DNA of 64,000 nt, from assembly GCA_964404855.1 (NCBI GenBank), contig CAYOLO010000001.1, forward strand, positions 595,396 through 659,395. Direction: 5' to 3'. Shown here in pieces: positions 30,064 through 39,966 of the stretch (position 1 is its first letter; each line of letters starts with the position of its first letter). The translations under genes and the position numbers were made by a program. Origin of the DNA: an uncultured Gammaproteobacteria bacterium. Its GTDB lineage: Bacteria > Patescibacteriota > Microgenomatia > CAYQLK01. Below the pieces are notes generated by a model. The model made no database searches. It was not told where the DNA came from and was given only the letters and a program-made list of their open reading frames with translations.

Positions 30064-31329
30064 TTAGTGATGCGAATATAGTTCGTATTCAATTGATAAA
30101 AGACGGTTGTATTTTGCTACACGTTCACCTCTAGCTGGTGCACCAAGTTTGGCATAATCGGCTCCAAGACCAACGGCAAGGTCGGCAATAAATGAATCAT
30201 TAGTTTCTCCTGACCTGTGTGAAAAAACTGTTTTCCAATTGTTAGTCTTGGCAAGATTGACGACTTCTATTGTCTCGGTTAATGTGCCAACTTGATTGGG
30301 TTTGATCAAAATTGAATTAGCAGCCTTTTTTTCGATTGCGATTTTGAGTTTTTTGGGATTGGTAGATAGCAAATCGTCACCGACTAAGAAAACCTGCGAA
30401 CCAACCTTCTCAGTTAAGGTTACCCACCCATCCCAATCGTCTTCTTCGAGAGGATCTTCCAACGATAAAAGTCTGTACTGACTGACCAAATCAGCATAAT
30501 ATTCTACAAACTCATCGGCAGAAATATTTACCGGCTTGTCTTTAATTTTGTATTGACCATTGCCTCGGTAAAAACTAGTGGCCGCTGCATCCAGACTTAA
30601 AAAGACGTCGGTACCTAGCTGATAATTTGTCTGGCGGATGGCCTCAATTATTACATCGAATGCTTCGGCGTTTACATAGAGATCGGGTGCAAAACCACCT
30701 TCATCGCCGAGGGAATGAATATAGTTTTTGGCAATTAATATTTTTTTGAGCGCATAATATATTTCAACTCCGATTTGAAGCGATTGAGAATAAGTTTTGT
30801 TTTTGGAAGGTACGACCATATATTCCTGAAAGTCCAAATTTCCAGCGCCGTGCTTACCACCATTTAAAATATTAAACATTGGTGTGGGAATAAATAACCC
30901 TGAGGTGTCGTTTTTGTGAAGTTTGGCAATGTAAGCATACAAAGGAAGCTTGGCCTCGATTGAACCCGCTCTGGCAACTGCTAGTGACACAGCAAGAATA
31001 GTATTACCACCGAGATTTTTCTTGTCTTCGGTGCCATCCATTTGTAGCATCAACTTATCAATCTCTTCTTGGTTAAATACACTTTTGCTGACAATTTTTG
31101 GCGCAATTATTTGTGTAACATTGGAGACGGCTTTTAGTACACCTAGGCCATTAAATCTTTTAGGGTCTCCGTCGCGCATTTCAAAAGCTTCGTATTTGCT
31201 ACGAGAAGATCCTGATGGTACCGAGGCGGTTCCCCAAACCCCTGAATCTAATCCTACACTGACCTCTATCGTTGGAACGCCTCGAGAGTCTAGAATTTCA
31301 CGGGCAAATATTTGATTAATTATGGCCAT
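30064..31329 (-). CDS. eno: Enolase
   Basis: REILDSRG.PT, GDEGGFAP, VGDDL, IKPNQ, SHRSGET. Confidence 0.98.
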   Translation of the reverse strand: MAIINQIFAREILDSRGVPTIEVSVGLDSGVWGTASVPSGSSRSKYEAFEMRDGDPKRFNGLGVLKAVSNVTQIIAPKIVSKSVFNQEEIDKLMLQMDGTEDKKNLGGNTILAVSLAVARAGSIEAKLPLYAYIAKLHKNDTSGLFIPTPMFNILNGGKHGAGNLDFQEYMVVPSKNKTYSQSLQIGVEIYYALKKILIAKNYIHSLGDEGGFAPDLYVNAEAFDVIIEAIRQTNYQLGTDVFLSLDAAATSFYRGNGQYKIKDKPVNISADEFVEYYADLVSQYRLLSLEDPLEEDDWDGWVTLTEKVGSQVFLVGDDLLSTNPKKLKIAIEKKAANSILIKPNQVGTLTETIEVVNLAKTNNWKTVFSHRSGETNDSFIADLAVGLGADYAKLGAPARGERVAKYNRLLSIEYELYSHH

Positions 31330-33616
31330 ATTTTTTCTTTAATTTTGAGTTAATAAAACTTTTTTCTGCATCAGATACGACTTGCCTAGTTAAATCAATT
31401 ACGTCGGGAGTGACTGAAACAGAACTTACTCCCCACTCAACTAACATTTTGGTCAACTCTGGATAAAACGAAGGCGCTTGCCCACAAATACCAGCAGTAA
31501 TTTTATGTTTATTGGCGGTTTTTATTAGTTTTTCTAATGCCCAGAGAACGGCAGGATCAAGCTCAGAGTAGTCTTTGGCGACAGTTTCGTTATCGCGATC
31601 GGTACCAAGAATCAACATAGTTAAATCGTTACTGCCAATACTAATTCCATCTATACCGACCTTAATAAACTCTTCTAGCATTATTACATTCGAGGGAATT
31701 TCGGCCATCATAAAAAACTTAAAACTTGAGTCCCGAAACAGTCCTGCTTTTGAAACAATTCTTCGAACTTGGACTAATTCAGGCACATTGCGCACAAATG
31801 GCACCATTAGATGTAGATTGTTAAGCCCAAATTTTCGAACTTTTTTAATTGCATCTAACTCAAGATTAAACACCGCTGGATCGCTAATATAACGAAAACT
31901 TCCACGGTAACCTAGCATAGGATTGCTCTCTTGCGGTTCGTACGCGTCCCCACCAATAAGATTGCGATACTCGTTGGTTTTGAAATCGCTTGCTCTATAA
32001 ATAACTGGTCTTGGATAAAAAGCTTTGGCAAAACTAAACATACCGTCAGCTAGACTATTGGTGTACTCAATGCTTTTTTTGTCATGAATGGCTTTTTTGG
32101 GATGTACTCCGATTCCACTCATCATAAATTCTGCCCTTAATAGGCCAACTCCGTCGCAATTTTTAACCGCAACTTGAGAAGCTAACTCTGGCTCGGCGAG
32201 ATTGACATAAACCTTGGTGGCAGTCACTAACTCTTCGGGTTTTTTGTAAACCTTAGGATTAACATTAATATGCGTGATATGGGGTGCGCCTTTGTAGACG
32301 ACACCTGCAGAACCATCGACAGTAACAACATGGCCAGTTTTAAGCAGTTTAGTTGCTTTTTCTGTACCAACAACGGCAGGAATTCCAAGTTCTCTGGATA
32401 CAATTGCTGCATGGCTGGTTCGCCCGCCTTTATCTGTAATAACCGCCACCGCTTTTTTCATCCCAGGAACAAAATCTGGATTAGTCATCGAGGTAACCAA
32501 CACATCACCTGGGAGGATTTTATTAATTTCTTTGGGAGAAGAAATAATTTTGACAGGTCCGTAAGCAATACCTGGGGAAGCTGGAGCCCCTTCAAGGATT
32601 AGAGCAAGTTTGGTACTGTGGATATCACTACTGGTTGCTGCCGAAGATTTTTCTGCCCTTTGATTAATCGTGGTAATCGGTCTGGTTTGTGTGATAAAAA
32701 CTTTACCTTTGGAGTATGCCCACTCAATGTCTTGAGGAAAGAAATAATGATTTTCCAAGCCTCTGCCGATTTTGGCGATTTCGACAATAACCTTGTCTGG
32801 TATTTTTTGAGCTGATTGTTTTTGAGAACTAACAGGAATTTTGGATGTGACTGAACCGTGTTTGGAAAGCTGGTTCTTTTGTGTTGAGATAACTTTGTCT
32901 AAGATTTTGTAATCAGACTTCGACACTTCGTAATGATCAGGAGTGGCTTGGCCTTGAACAATCATTTCTCCCAAACCCCAAACGGCCTCTATAATAATTT
33001 TGGTCTTATCGCCAAGGACTGGATCGACCGTAAACATGACACCAGAAACTTCTGATTCGACCATTATCTGAACCGGTACAGCGATACCAACTTTTAACTG
33101 GTCAAATTTTTGCTCTCTACGATAAAAAATAGCTCGAGTTTCGAAAAGAGACGCCCAACATTTTTTGACGTGGTCAACAACCTCATCGGCACCTTTAATA
33201 TTAAGATATGTTGCTTGCTGGCCCGCAAATGATGCTTCTGGTAGATCTTCGGCTGTAGCAGAGGACCTAATTGCAACGTATTTATCTCTTAATCCTGATA
33301 GTTTGCCGTAATAACTGCGAATTTGATGTGCAAGATCATCAGGCATTTTGGCTTGAATAATCAGTTTTTTGATTTGAAGGGACACTTGTTGGATTATTTC
33401 AACATTACTTAAATCAGCATCGTCGAGAATGTTTTTAATTTGTTTCTTGAGGCCAGATGATTCTAAAAAATCAAAGTAGGCTTGAGCCGTGACAATATAA
33501 CCGTTAGGAACGGGCGCTTTGGCTCTTTGCATTTCACCGAGATTTGCACCTTTGCCACCAACAAGACCAATGTCAGATTTGGATACTTCTTTAAACCAAA
33601 CTATGTCGCGATTCAT
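31316..33616 (-). CDS. ppsA: Phosphoenolpyruvate synthase
   Basis: GGKGANLGE, RSSATAED, GGRTSHAAI, GLLRAEF, SIGSNDL. Confidence 0.97.
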   Translation of the reverse strand: MNRDIVWFKEVSKSDIGLVGGKGANLGEMQRAKAPVPNGYIVTAQAYFDFLESSGLKKQIKNILDDADLSNVEIIQQVSLQIKKLIIQAKMPDDLAHQIRSYYGKLSGLRDKYVAIRSSATAEDLPEASFAGQQATYLNIKGADEVVDHVKKCWASLFETRAIFYRREQKFDQLKVGIAVPVQIMVESEVSGVMFTVDPVLGDKTKIIIEAVWGLGEMIVQGQATPDHYEVSKSDYKILDKVISTQKNQLSKHGSVTSKIPVSSQKQSAQKIPDKVIVEIAKIGRGLENHYFFPQDIEWAYSKGKVFITQTRPITTINQRAEKSSAATSSDIHSTKLALILEGAPASPGIAYGPVKIISSPKEINKILPGDVLVTSMTNPDFVPGMKKAVAVITDKGGRTSHAAIVSRELGIPAVVGTEKATKLLKTGHVVTVDGSAGVVYKGAPHITHINVNPKVYKKPEELVTATKVYVNLAEPELASQVAVKNCDGVGLLRAEFMMSGIGVHPKKAIHDKKSIEYTNSLADGMFSFAKAFYPRPVIYRASDFKTNEYRNLIGGDAYEPQESNPMLGYRGSFRYISDPAVFNLELDAIKKVRKFGLNNLHLMVPFVRNVPELVQVRRIVSKAGLFRDSSFKFFMMAEIPSNVIMLEEFIKVGIDGISIGSNDLTMLILGTDRDNETVAKDYSELDPAVLWALEKLIKTANKHKITAGICGQAPSFYPELTKMLVEWGVSSVSVTPDVIDLTRQVVSDAEKSFINSKLKKKYGHN

Positions 33617-33671
33617 ATGGGCAGTTAGCTTTATCTTACAACATATTCGGGGGATGTTTTAAGCGTCAAAT

Positions 33672-34346
33672 TTAGATTGAAACAAGTTCGACCATAAAAT
33701 GCTGACTATAGAGGTCGGGATTGGATGAACTTTTTTCCCTAATTTCAATACTTAACAGTTTCCTATAAAGCCTAATTAGTTGTGAAAGTGTAAATGTTTT
33801 GGCTTGTGACACAAGCTGGTTTTTTTGCCAAGGCTGACCATTAAAACTATCTGGTGAGGTCGTGATAACAATTAAGTCGCGAATACGATTTTGAATCATA
33901 GTCATGACTATTGGTTCAGCCGTATCTGCAAGGTTGAGTTCAAGAAGGTTAATAAAAGTCGAGGCTTTTTGCGGAGTAAGACTGTTGAGTAAATTAAATA
34001 TTTCTGTTCGAGCATCGACATTAAATATTTGCATTTTTTTCTTTAAGGTTGGTGGAATACGGCCAATGTTTTTGCCAACAGCCTCAAAAATTGCAGGGCT
34101 GTCTCCGAGGTTTTTTTCGATTGTTTGCCAAGTTTGTGCGTTGGTTAAAGAAAAATTTACAAAAATAAATACAGTTTGAGAAAACATATCTGTCAGCTGT
34201 AGTTTTTCAGCTAGCTCGCTATTTGTAATTGAAGACAAGTCTATTTCAAGAAAATTAGCACCTGTAAAGGATTTTTTGAGTTCGATAAACTTTTTTCTTG
34301 CTGTGACAGTATCACTGCCAGTAATAAGATAAATATTACTTGCCAT
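33672..34346 (-). CDS. holA: DNA polymerase III delta subunit-like (divergent)
   Basis: IYLITGSD N-terminus, DMFS, C-terminal collar PW...L..QA..F...L..L...L..IE...KS. Confidence 0.7.
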   Translation of the reverse strand: MASNIYLITGSDTVTARKKFIELKKSFTGANFLEIDLSSITNSELAEKLQLTDMFSQTVFIFVNFSLTNAQTWQTIEKNLGDSPAIFEAVGKNIGRIPPTLKKKMQIFNVDARTEIFNLLNSLTPQKASTFINLLELNLADTAEPIVMTMIQNRIRDLIVITTSPDSFNGQPWQKNQLVSQAKTFTLSQLIRLYRKLLSIEIREKSSSNPDLYSQHFMVELVSI

Positions 34347-34910
34347 TTATTTAAAAGTTAGTGTTTCAAGTAGGTGAGTAATCTGAGTCAAGGTTTGAGC
34401 ACGATCGTTAGTGGTGAACCAAATTGTAATTTGGGGTTTTTTGCCTTGGGCTGGTAGATTCATTGTTAATAGCATTCCACCTCCATCTAATTCAGTTAGA
34501 TTAGCGGAAATCTGCCGACCATCGACTTTAATAATTTTGTTTTGAGTTGGACTAGCTTTTGCTTTTTGTTCATCGGTCAATAAGTAGGGCAGGTTTTGGT
34601 TATAAAAAATCTGCGTGGTTGTTTGATTAAAACTAATTTCAACATAATTTTTGTTTGCAAAGCTGTCGTAATAAACCTGCCAATCAGCTGGAGCAAAGAA
34701 AGTAAGGTTTAGATTATCGATGTTGTTTAAGATAAATCCTTGCTCATCGACTGTTGGAGTAACTTGTTTATTTATTACAACTGGAGTTGGAGCAGTTTGT
34801 GTTGGGGTTGGATTAGGCGAGCTTGTTTGAGCTTTGGTGCAGGACGAAACAACCATTAAACAAGTAATTGTTAAGGTGAGAAACGAAACAATTTTTACTT
34901 TTGATGTCAT
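34347..34910 (-). CDS. Putative lipoprotein
   Basis: Signal with VSSC lipobox-like site; P/T linker. Confidence 0.6.
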   Translation of the reverse strand: MTSKVKIVSFLTLTITCLMVVSSCTKAQTSSPNPTPTQTAPTPVVINKQVTPTVDEQGFILNNIDNLNLTFFAPADWQVYYDSFANKNYVEISFNQTTTQIFYNQNLPYLLTDEQKAKASPTQNKIIKVDGRQISANLTELDGGGMLLTMNLPAQGKKPQITIWFTTNDRAQTLTQITHLLETLTFK

Positions 34911-34935
34911 TTAAATAAATGTGTTTAGCACTATT

Positions 34936-35604
34936 CTAAACCATTTTTGACTGGGCATAATTGAAATCTTTATGCATCTGCCTAATCATATCTTTTTCAT
35001 TACCCATAATTGAGGTTCGACCATGACCAGGGAATACTTGGGTGCCGTCGGGCAAATCAATTAATTTCATTAGACTATCGAACATTTTTTCTGGTGTAGA
35101 GGTTGGTAAATCTATTCTGCCAATTAAACCTTGAAAAAGAGTGTCGCCAGTAAAAACGCTTTTAAGTTCTGGAGAGTAATAACAAACCGAGCCAGGAGTG
35201 TGTCCAGGTACAGTGATGCATTTGATTTGTATTCCTCCGATGTCAAATGTTTGACCGTCCTCGATTGGTATATCTGCCTTGCCTGCAATAATTGGATAAT
35301 CGAATTTTTTGGCAAAATTACTAAAATCAGTTTCTAATAGACGAACATCATCCTTACCAATAGCAATCTGGACTGTTGAAACAATGTCTTTTATTATGCC
35401 ATTATGCGCCACATGATCAGGGTGATAGTGAGTGTTAAAAATATATTTCAAATGAGCTTGTTCTTTGGCAAATTCATCCAAGATTAAATCAGAGTCCCCA
35501 CCTGGATCGATAACACAGCCAACTTTGGCTTCTCTATCAATAATGATGTAAGGATGAACCCTAATTGGTCCAGAAGTAAACGACTTAACATAAAATTTTT
35601 CCAT
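34936..35604 (-). CDS. MBL-fold metallo-hydrolase (glyoxalase II-like)
   Basis: THYHPDH, PGHTPGS, TGDTLF, PGHG. Confidence 0.93.
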   Translation of the reverse strand: MEKFYVKSFTSGPIRVHPYIIIDREAKVGCVIDPGGDSDLILDEFAKEQAHLKYIFNTHYHPDHVAHNGIIKDIVSTVQIAIGKDDVRLLETDFSNFAKKFDYPIIAGKADIPIEDGQTFDIGGIQIKCITVPGHTPGSVCYYSPELKSVFTGDTLFQGLIGRIDLPTSTPEKMFDSLMKLIDLPDGTQVFPGHGRTSIMGNEKDMIRQMHKDFNYAQSKMV

Positions 35605-35635
35605 ATTTTGATATTTTACGATAAAAAGGATGAAC

Positions 35636-38600
35636 TTAGTTCAGAACGGAAACCGAGTCGAAAGTTGCAGTCGATATTTGTGAGCCGTTGTGTGAGGTGA
35701 CAAATAAACCAATATAAATATTTTCATCCAAACTCACCGTCTTTGCGTCATATAAAACCCAATCTATTCCCGTACTCGAGGTGTAAGCAGAAATTGTATT
35801 GCCGATTCTAACTAATTTAAGGTAAGTATCGGGGAAATTATAAGACAGGCCGTTAGTATTGCTGTTAAAACTATTTTGAAAAGACACACCATTATTTGGA
35901 GTTACCGAAAGCAGTGCATAATCGGATCCAGAAGTAAGCGAGTTTTTGATTATGACTCCTGCCTTGGCCCAATCATTAGTATTGGTTTGAGAGGTAATTC
36001 TGGTTGATATTTCACCATCACCAATAAGTGGCTGATAAACAAATTGGAATTGATCAGCATCAGCCCAAATATCATTACCTGCTCCATTTAATGTAAATAT
36101 TGAACTGTCAAAACCTGCACTTCCTCCAAGTGTTGGATTACCAATATCGGTATTTAGCCAAGGACTTGGCAATGAAGCTATTGGGGTGGTTGAGACAGAT
36201 ACATTATCGAAAGTAACGGTACTAATATTTGAACCGTTATGTGATGTTACAAATAGTCCAATTTTGACATCTTGGTTAAGAGTTACAGTTCTGGTGCCAA
36301 TTAATATCCAACTGACTCCATCAATTGAACTGTAACTCGCAATATTATTTCCATCTCTTTTGAGCTTAAGCCATGCGTTTGGGAATATATAACTAGGTCC
36401 TGCAACTTCACTGTTAAAACCATATTGCATAACGATGCCGTGCGCTGGAGTCACAGCCAATAAAGCATAGCCAGACAGGCTTTGAGTTGAATCTTTAATA
36501 ATTATCCCAGCTTTGGCCCAGTCATTAGTATTGGTCTGAGTTGTAACACGAGTAATAATTTCGCCATTTCCAGATAAGTCTTGACTAACAAAATACATTT
36601 GATCAGCGCTTCCCCATATATCATCCCCCGCGCCTTTAACGGTATAAGTCCCATTAGAATAAGTAGCTGAGCCTAGTAGTTTTGGATTTCCAATATCAGT
36701 ACCAGTAAAAGGTGCAGGCACACCGCTTGGAAGTCCAGTTGAAACTAAACTGACATTATCAAAAGTTGCGGTCGATATTTGTGAGCCGTTGTGTGAGGTG
36801 ACAAACATACCGACAGTAATTGGACCTGAAAAGTTAATAGTTGTTGTGCCAGCAGATGCCCAATTAACCCCATCAGATGAGAGAAAAGAAGTAATTATGT
36901 TGCCTTCTCTAACTAGCCTTACCCAAGCGTTTGGAGAATTGAAACTTCCCCACTCAGATCCTGTATTAAAGTTGGTTTGAAAGGTGTACCCGTGTTGAGG
37001 GGTAACTGCAAAAATTGCATAAGGTGATTGCGGGGTTATGTTTTGTTTAATCATTACCCCTGCTTTTGCCCACCCATTAGTATTAATTGTTTGCGAGGTA
37101 ATTCTGGCGGTTATCTGGCCATTACCGGTAATATTTTGATAAACATACTGAAACTGATCGGATTCTCCCCAAATGTCATCGCCTGCTCCACTTACTGTGA
37201 ATGTTCCTTGATTAAATGTGGAACTACCTACCGTAAGAGGATTACCAACATCAGTATTTTGCCAGAGTCCAGTTAAACCCTGTTTAACAGTTACATTGTC
37301 AAAAACCGAGGTATTAAGTTCATTATATTTATGAGAAGTGACAAACATGCCGATCGTCACATTTTCATTCATAACTATCTCAGTCGAACCAAGCATTACC
37401 CAGTTAATTCCATCTACTGAAGTGTAAGAGGTGAATGTATTGTTAAATCTGACTAACTTAAGCCAAGCGTTGGGGAAGGCGTAACTAGTGCTCCCGTTTT
37501 CTGTATTAAAGCTGTGTTGAAAAGTCACTCCGTTTGCTGGAGTTACAGCGACTAATGCATATTTTGAACCGGAAGTAGCTGTTTCCTTTATCATTATTCC
37601 TGATTTTGCCCAATCGTCTGTATATTCTTGTGAAGTAACACGAGTAATGATTTCCCCGTTACCTGAGAGTGGTTGATAGACATATTGGAATTCATCGGTT
37701 GGCCCCCAAATATCTCCACCAGCTCCATTAATTGAAAATGTTCCGCCAGTATATGAAGCATTGCCAGATATTAGCGGTGTTCCAATATCTATACTAATCC
37801 ATGGAGCAGGTGGAATTTGAAACTCGCTAAAGTTAGCAACGTAAGAAGTATTAACAGATGGAGTAGTAATTGTGTGAGATTGAGTTAGCCCATCAGACCA
37901 ATTAAGAAATTGATAATAATAGTTTAAATAATACTGAGGAGACGGAGCACTCAAAACTCGCTCAACACCAACCACAGCAGATTCTGTATGAACCCCAAAG
38001 TAAGGAATTCCGTCAATTGTATAAGAAACGTTTGGGAAATTTGCGTTAAAGGTTAATGTCACTAAATTAGGATAAATATGTGTTGATGTTTTAGTACTTA
38101 GACCTTGAGAATCTGTAGTTGTCAGTTGGATTTCATACCAAGTGTTAGCCAAGTTGTCTGCTGATTTAGGAATCGTAAATTGTCCTGATCTTTGACCTAA
38201 AACAGGATGCCAAAATGGGTGAATGTGATCACCGTGATGGAAAACAAAATTCCATGAGAAAGCAGAATCAGGAAGTTCTAGATCTTCTGGGTCGCTGCCT
38301 GCTGCAGAATAACTAATTATGTCCCCAGCGTTGTAGTGACTATCAGTAACGGGAGCAATTATAGTCCCTTGAGGCAAACTGTTTCCTACAGTAATTATCA
38401 CTGTTTCAATATCACTCTTGTCGCCATCGGAGATGGTAAGGCTTACATTATGTGTACCATTAACTGTAAAAATATGAGCTGGATTACTATCAGTTGAAGA
38501 ATTGCCGTCACCAAAATCCCAAAGATAACTTAATTCATCACCGTCTGGATCAGATGATTCCGAGGAATCAAAATTAACAGTCAAAGGACCGAGCCCAGCA

Positions 38601-39769
38601 ATAGTTGATGGATTAATATCTGCAATCGGAGATCTGTTACCGCCTGATGGTGCAATAACTGAAAGTGTACCTGGGTAAAATGTCAGTTTGTAGATATTGC
38701 CATCAGGACCTTGTGAAAGCTGAACCGTCGTGCCTGCTTCTGTGTCAAAAGAATTATCTGAAATAACTGACTCAAAATTTGAATCAAATTTTAGATATCT
38801 AATAAAACCCAAAGTATAGTCGGCGTAAAAAAAGGCATTTTGGTATTCACTTGGAAAAGTTGACCCTCCATAAACTAAAGTGGATGTAATCGATCCCGCC
38901 TTGGCTGGGGGATCGGTGTGAGGATAAACAAAAACAGGATTAACATATGGACAACTAGAACAAATTCCTTCAACATTCGGCCAACCATAGTTGCCCCCTT
39001 TGTTAATAATATTAAGCTCTTCCCAAGCGTCACCACCCACATCTCCAACAACGGCCCTACCGTCTGGAAGGAAAGTAAACCTAAAAGGATTCCTTAACCC
39101 GTAAGCCCAAATGGATTTAAGAGCATTTGGTGTTGAATAAAATGGATTATCGGTAGGGATTGTGCCGTCTTTGTTAATTCGGTGTATTTTGCCGTGCACG
39201 TTACTTAGGTTTTGTGAATTAAGATTGTGGGTATTCATACCCATAGCCCAATAAAGCTTGCCGTCGGGACCAAACCTAATTTCCCCTCCATGATGATAGA
39301 TATCACCTTGTTGGTTTGACTCGAGAAGAATTAGTTCAGAATCGGCACTAGCAGTGTCGCCTATTACGGTTATGCGAGAAAGTCTGTCAAAATTCTGTGC
39401 GGTGGTATATGCAACATATAAATATCCATTATTTGCAAAATCAGGATCTGGTTCAATTCCTAGCAATCCCCTTTCGTCAGCGTTGTCTGTTTGCAGAGTA
39501 ACGATTGTAATTACTGGTTCTGTCTGAATTTGGCCATTTGCAAAAATTTTAATTGCTCCGGTTTTTTCGGAAATAAAAATTCTTCCATCTGGCATAAATC
39601 GAAATGCAGTTGGTTCATTAAGATTAGAAACAAGCTCAGTAATATCGAACTCAGTTGGTGGCGCGGCATTAATTTGACCTGGAGTAATGATTAACGCCAC
39701 TAAAAAAACAACAACCGAGATTGTTGTAAAAGCAAAAAGATTTCTAAGTAAATTTTTCAGATATTTCAA
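35636..39769 (-). CDS. Secreted PQQ-dependent glucose/sorbosone dehydrogenase-family propeller + PKD + four ConA/LamG-like beta-sandwich repeats
   Basis: Signal; ERGLLG, HHGG..FGPDGKLY, AYGLRNP, GGNYGWP; PKD YLWDFGDG; 4x (DIW...D.F.YVYQ...G.G.I..R..SQ..WAKAG...IG.FVTSH). Confidence 0.85.
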   Translation of the reverse strand: MKYLKNLLRNLFAFTTISVVVFLVALIITPGQINAAPPTEFDITELVSNLNEPTAFRFMPDGRIFISEKTGAIKIFANGQIQTEPVITIVTLQTDNADERGLLGIEPDPDFANNGYLYVAYTTAQNFDRLSRITVIGDTASADSELILLESNQQGDIYHHGGEIRFGPDGKLYWAMGMNTHNLNSQNLSNVHGKIHRINKDGTIPTDNPFYSTPNALKSIWAYGLRNPFRFTFLPDGRAVVGDVGGDAWEELNIINKGGNYGWPNVEGICSSCPYVNPVFVYPHTDPPAKAGSITSTLVYGGSTFPSEYQNAFFYADYTLGFIRYLKFDSNFESVISDNSFDTEAGTTVQLSQGPDGNIYKLTFYPGTLSVIAPSGGNRSPIADINPSTIAGLGPLTVNFDSSESSDPDGDELSYLWDFGDGNSSTDSNPAHIFTVNGTHNVSLTISDGDKSDIETVIITVGNSLPQGTIIAPVTDSHYNAGDIISYSAAGSDPEDLELPDSAFSWNFVFHHGDHIHPFWHPVLGQRSGQFTIPKSADNLANTWYEIQLTTTDSQGLSTKTSTHIYPNLVTLTFNANFPNVSYTIDGIPYFGVHTESAVVGVERVLSAPSPQYYLNYYYQFLNWSDGLTQSHTITTPSVNTSYVANFSEFQIPPAPWISIDIGTPLISGNASYTGGTFSINGAGGDIWGPTDEFQYVYQPLSGNGEIITRVTSQEYTDDWAKSGIMIKETATSGSKYALVAVTPANGVTFQHSFNTENGSTSYAFPNAWLKLVRFNNTFTSYTSVDGINWVMLGSTEIVMNENVTIGMFVTSHKYNELNTSVFDNVTVKQGLTGLWQNTDVGNPLTVGSSTFNQGTFTVSGAGDDIWGESDQFQYVYQNITGNGQITARITSQTINTNGWAKAGVMIKQNITPQSPYAIFAVTPQHGYTFQTNFNTGSEWGSFNSPNAWVRLVREGNIITSFLSSDGVNWASAGTTTINFSGPITVGMFVTSHNGSQISTATFDNVSLVSTGLPSGVPAPFTGTDIGNPKLLGSATYSNGTYTVKGAGDDIWGSADQMYFVSQDLSGNGEIITRVTTQTNTNDWAKAGIIIKDSTQSLSGYALLAVTPAHGIVMQYGFNSEVAGPSYIFPNAWLKLKRDGNNIASYSSIDGVSWILIGTRTVTLNQDVKIGLFVTSHNGSNISTVTFDNVSVSTTPIASLPSPWLNTDIGNPTLGGSAGFDSSIFTLNGAGNDIWADADQFQFVYQPLIGDGEISTRITSQTNTNDWAKAGVIIKNSLTSGSDYALLSVTPNNGVSFQNSFNSNTNGLSYNFPDTYLKLVRIGNTISAYTSSTGIDWVLYDAKTVSLDENIYIGLFVTSHNGSQISTATFDSVSVLN

Positions 39770-39887
39770 AGGAATTAAATGTCAATAGTTGTAGAACTAT
39801 ATACTTATATAATTTTAAAATCAAGTCTATTTTTATTGCTATAAGATAATATTTTGTTTTTATTTAATCAAAAATCAATTTTATATG

Positions 39888-39929
39888 AAAAAGGGACGGA
39901 GGCTTGCTATATTAGCAAACTTCCGTCCC
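39888..39929 (-). terminator. Intrinsic terminator of the gtrA-GH113 operon
   Basis: GGGACGGAAG..TTGCTA-loop-TAGCAA..CCTCCGTCCC + T5 on the minus strand. Confidence 0.8.
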
Positions 39930-39966
39930 ATGAATGTGGTCGAATGAACGACTCGAGAATTGGGAA

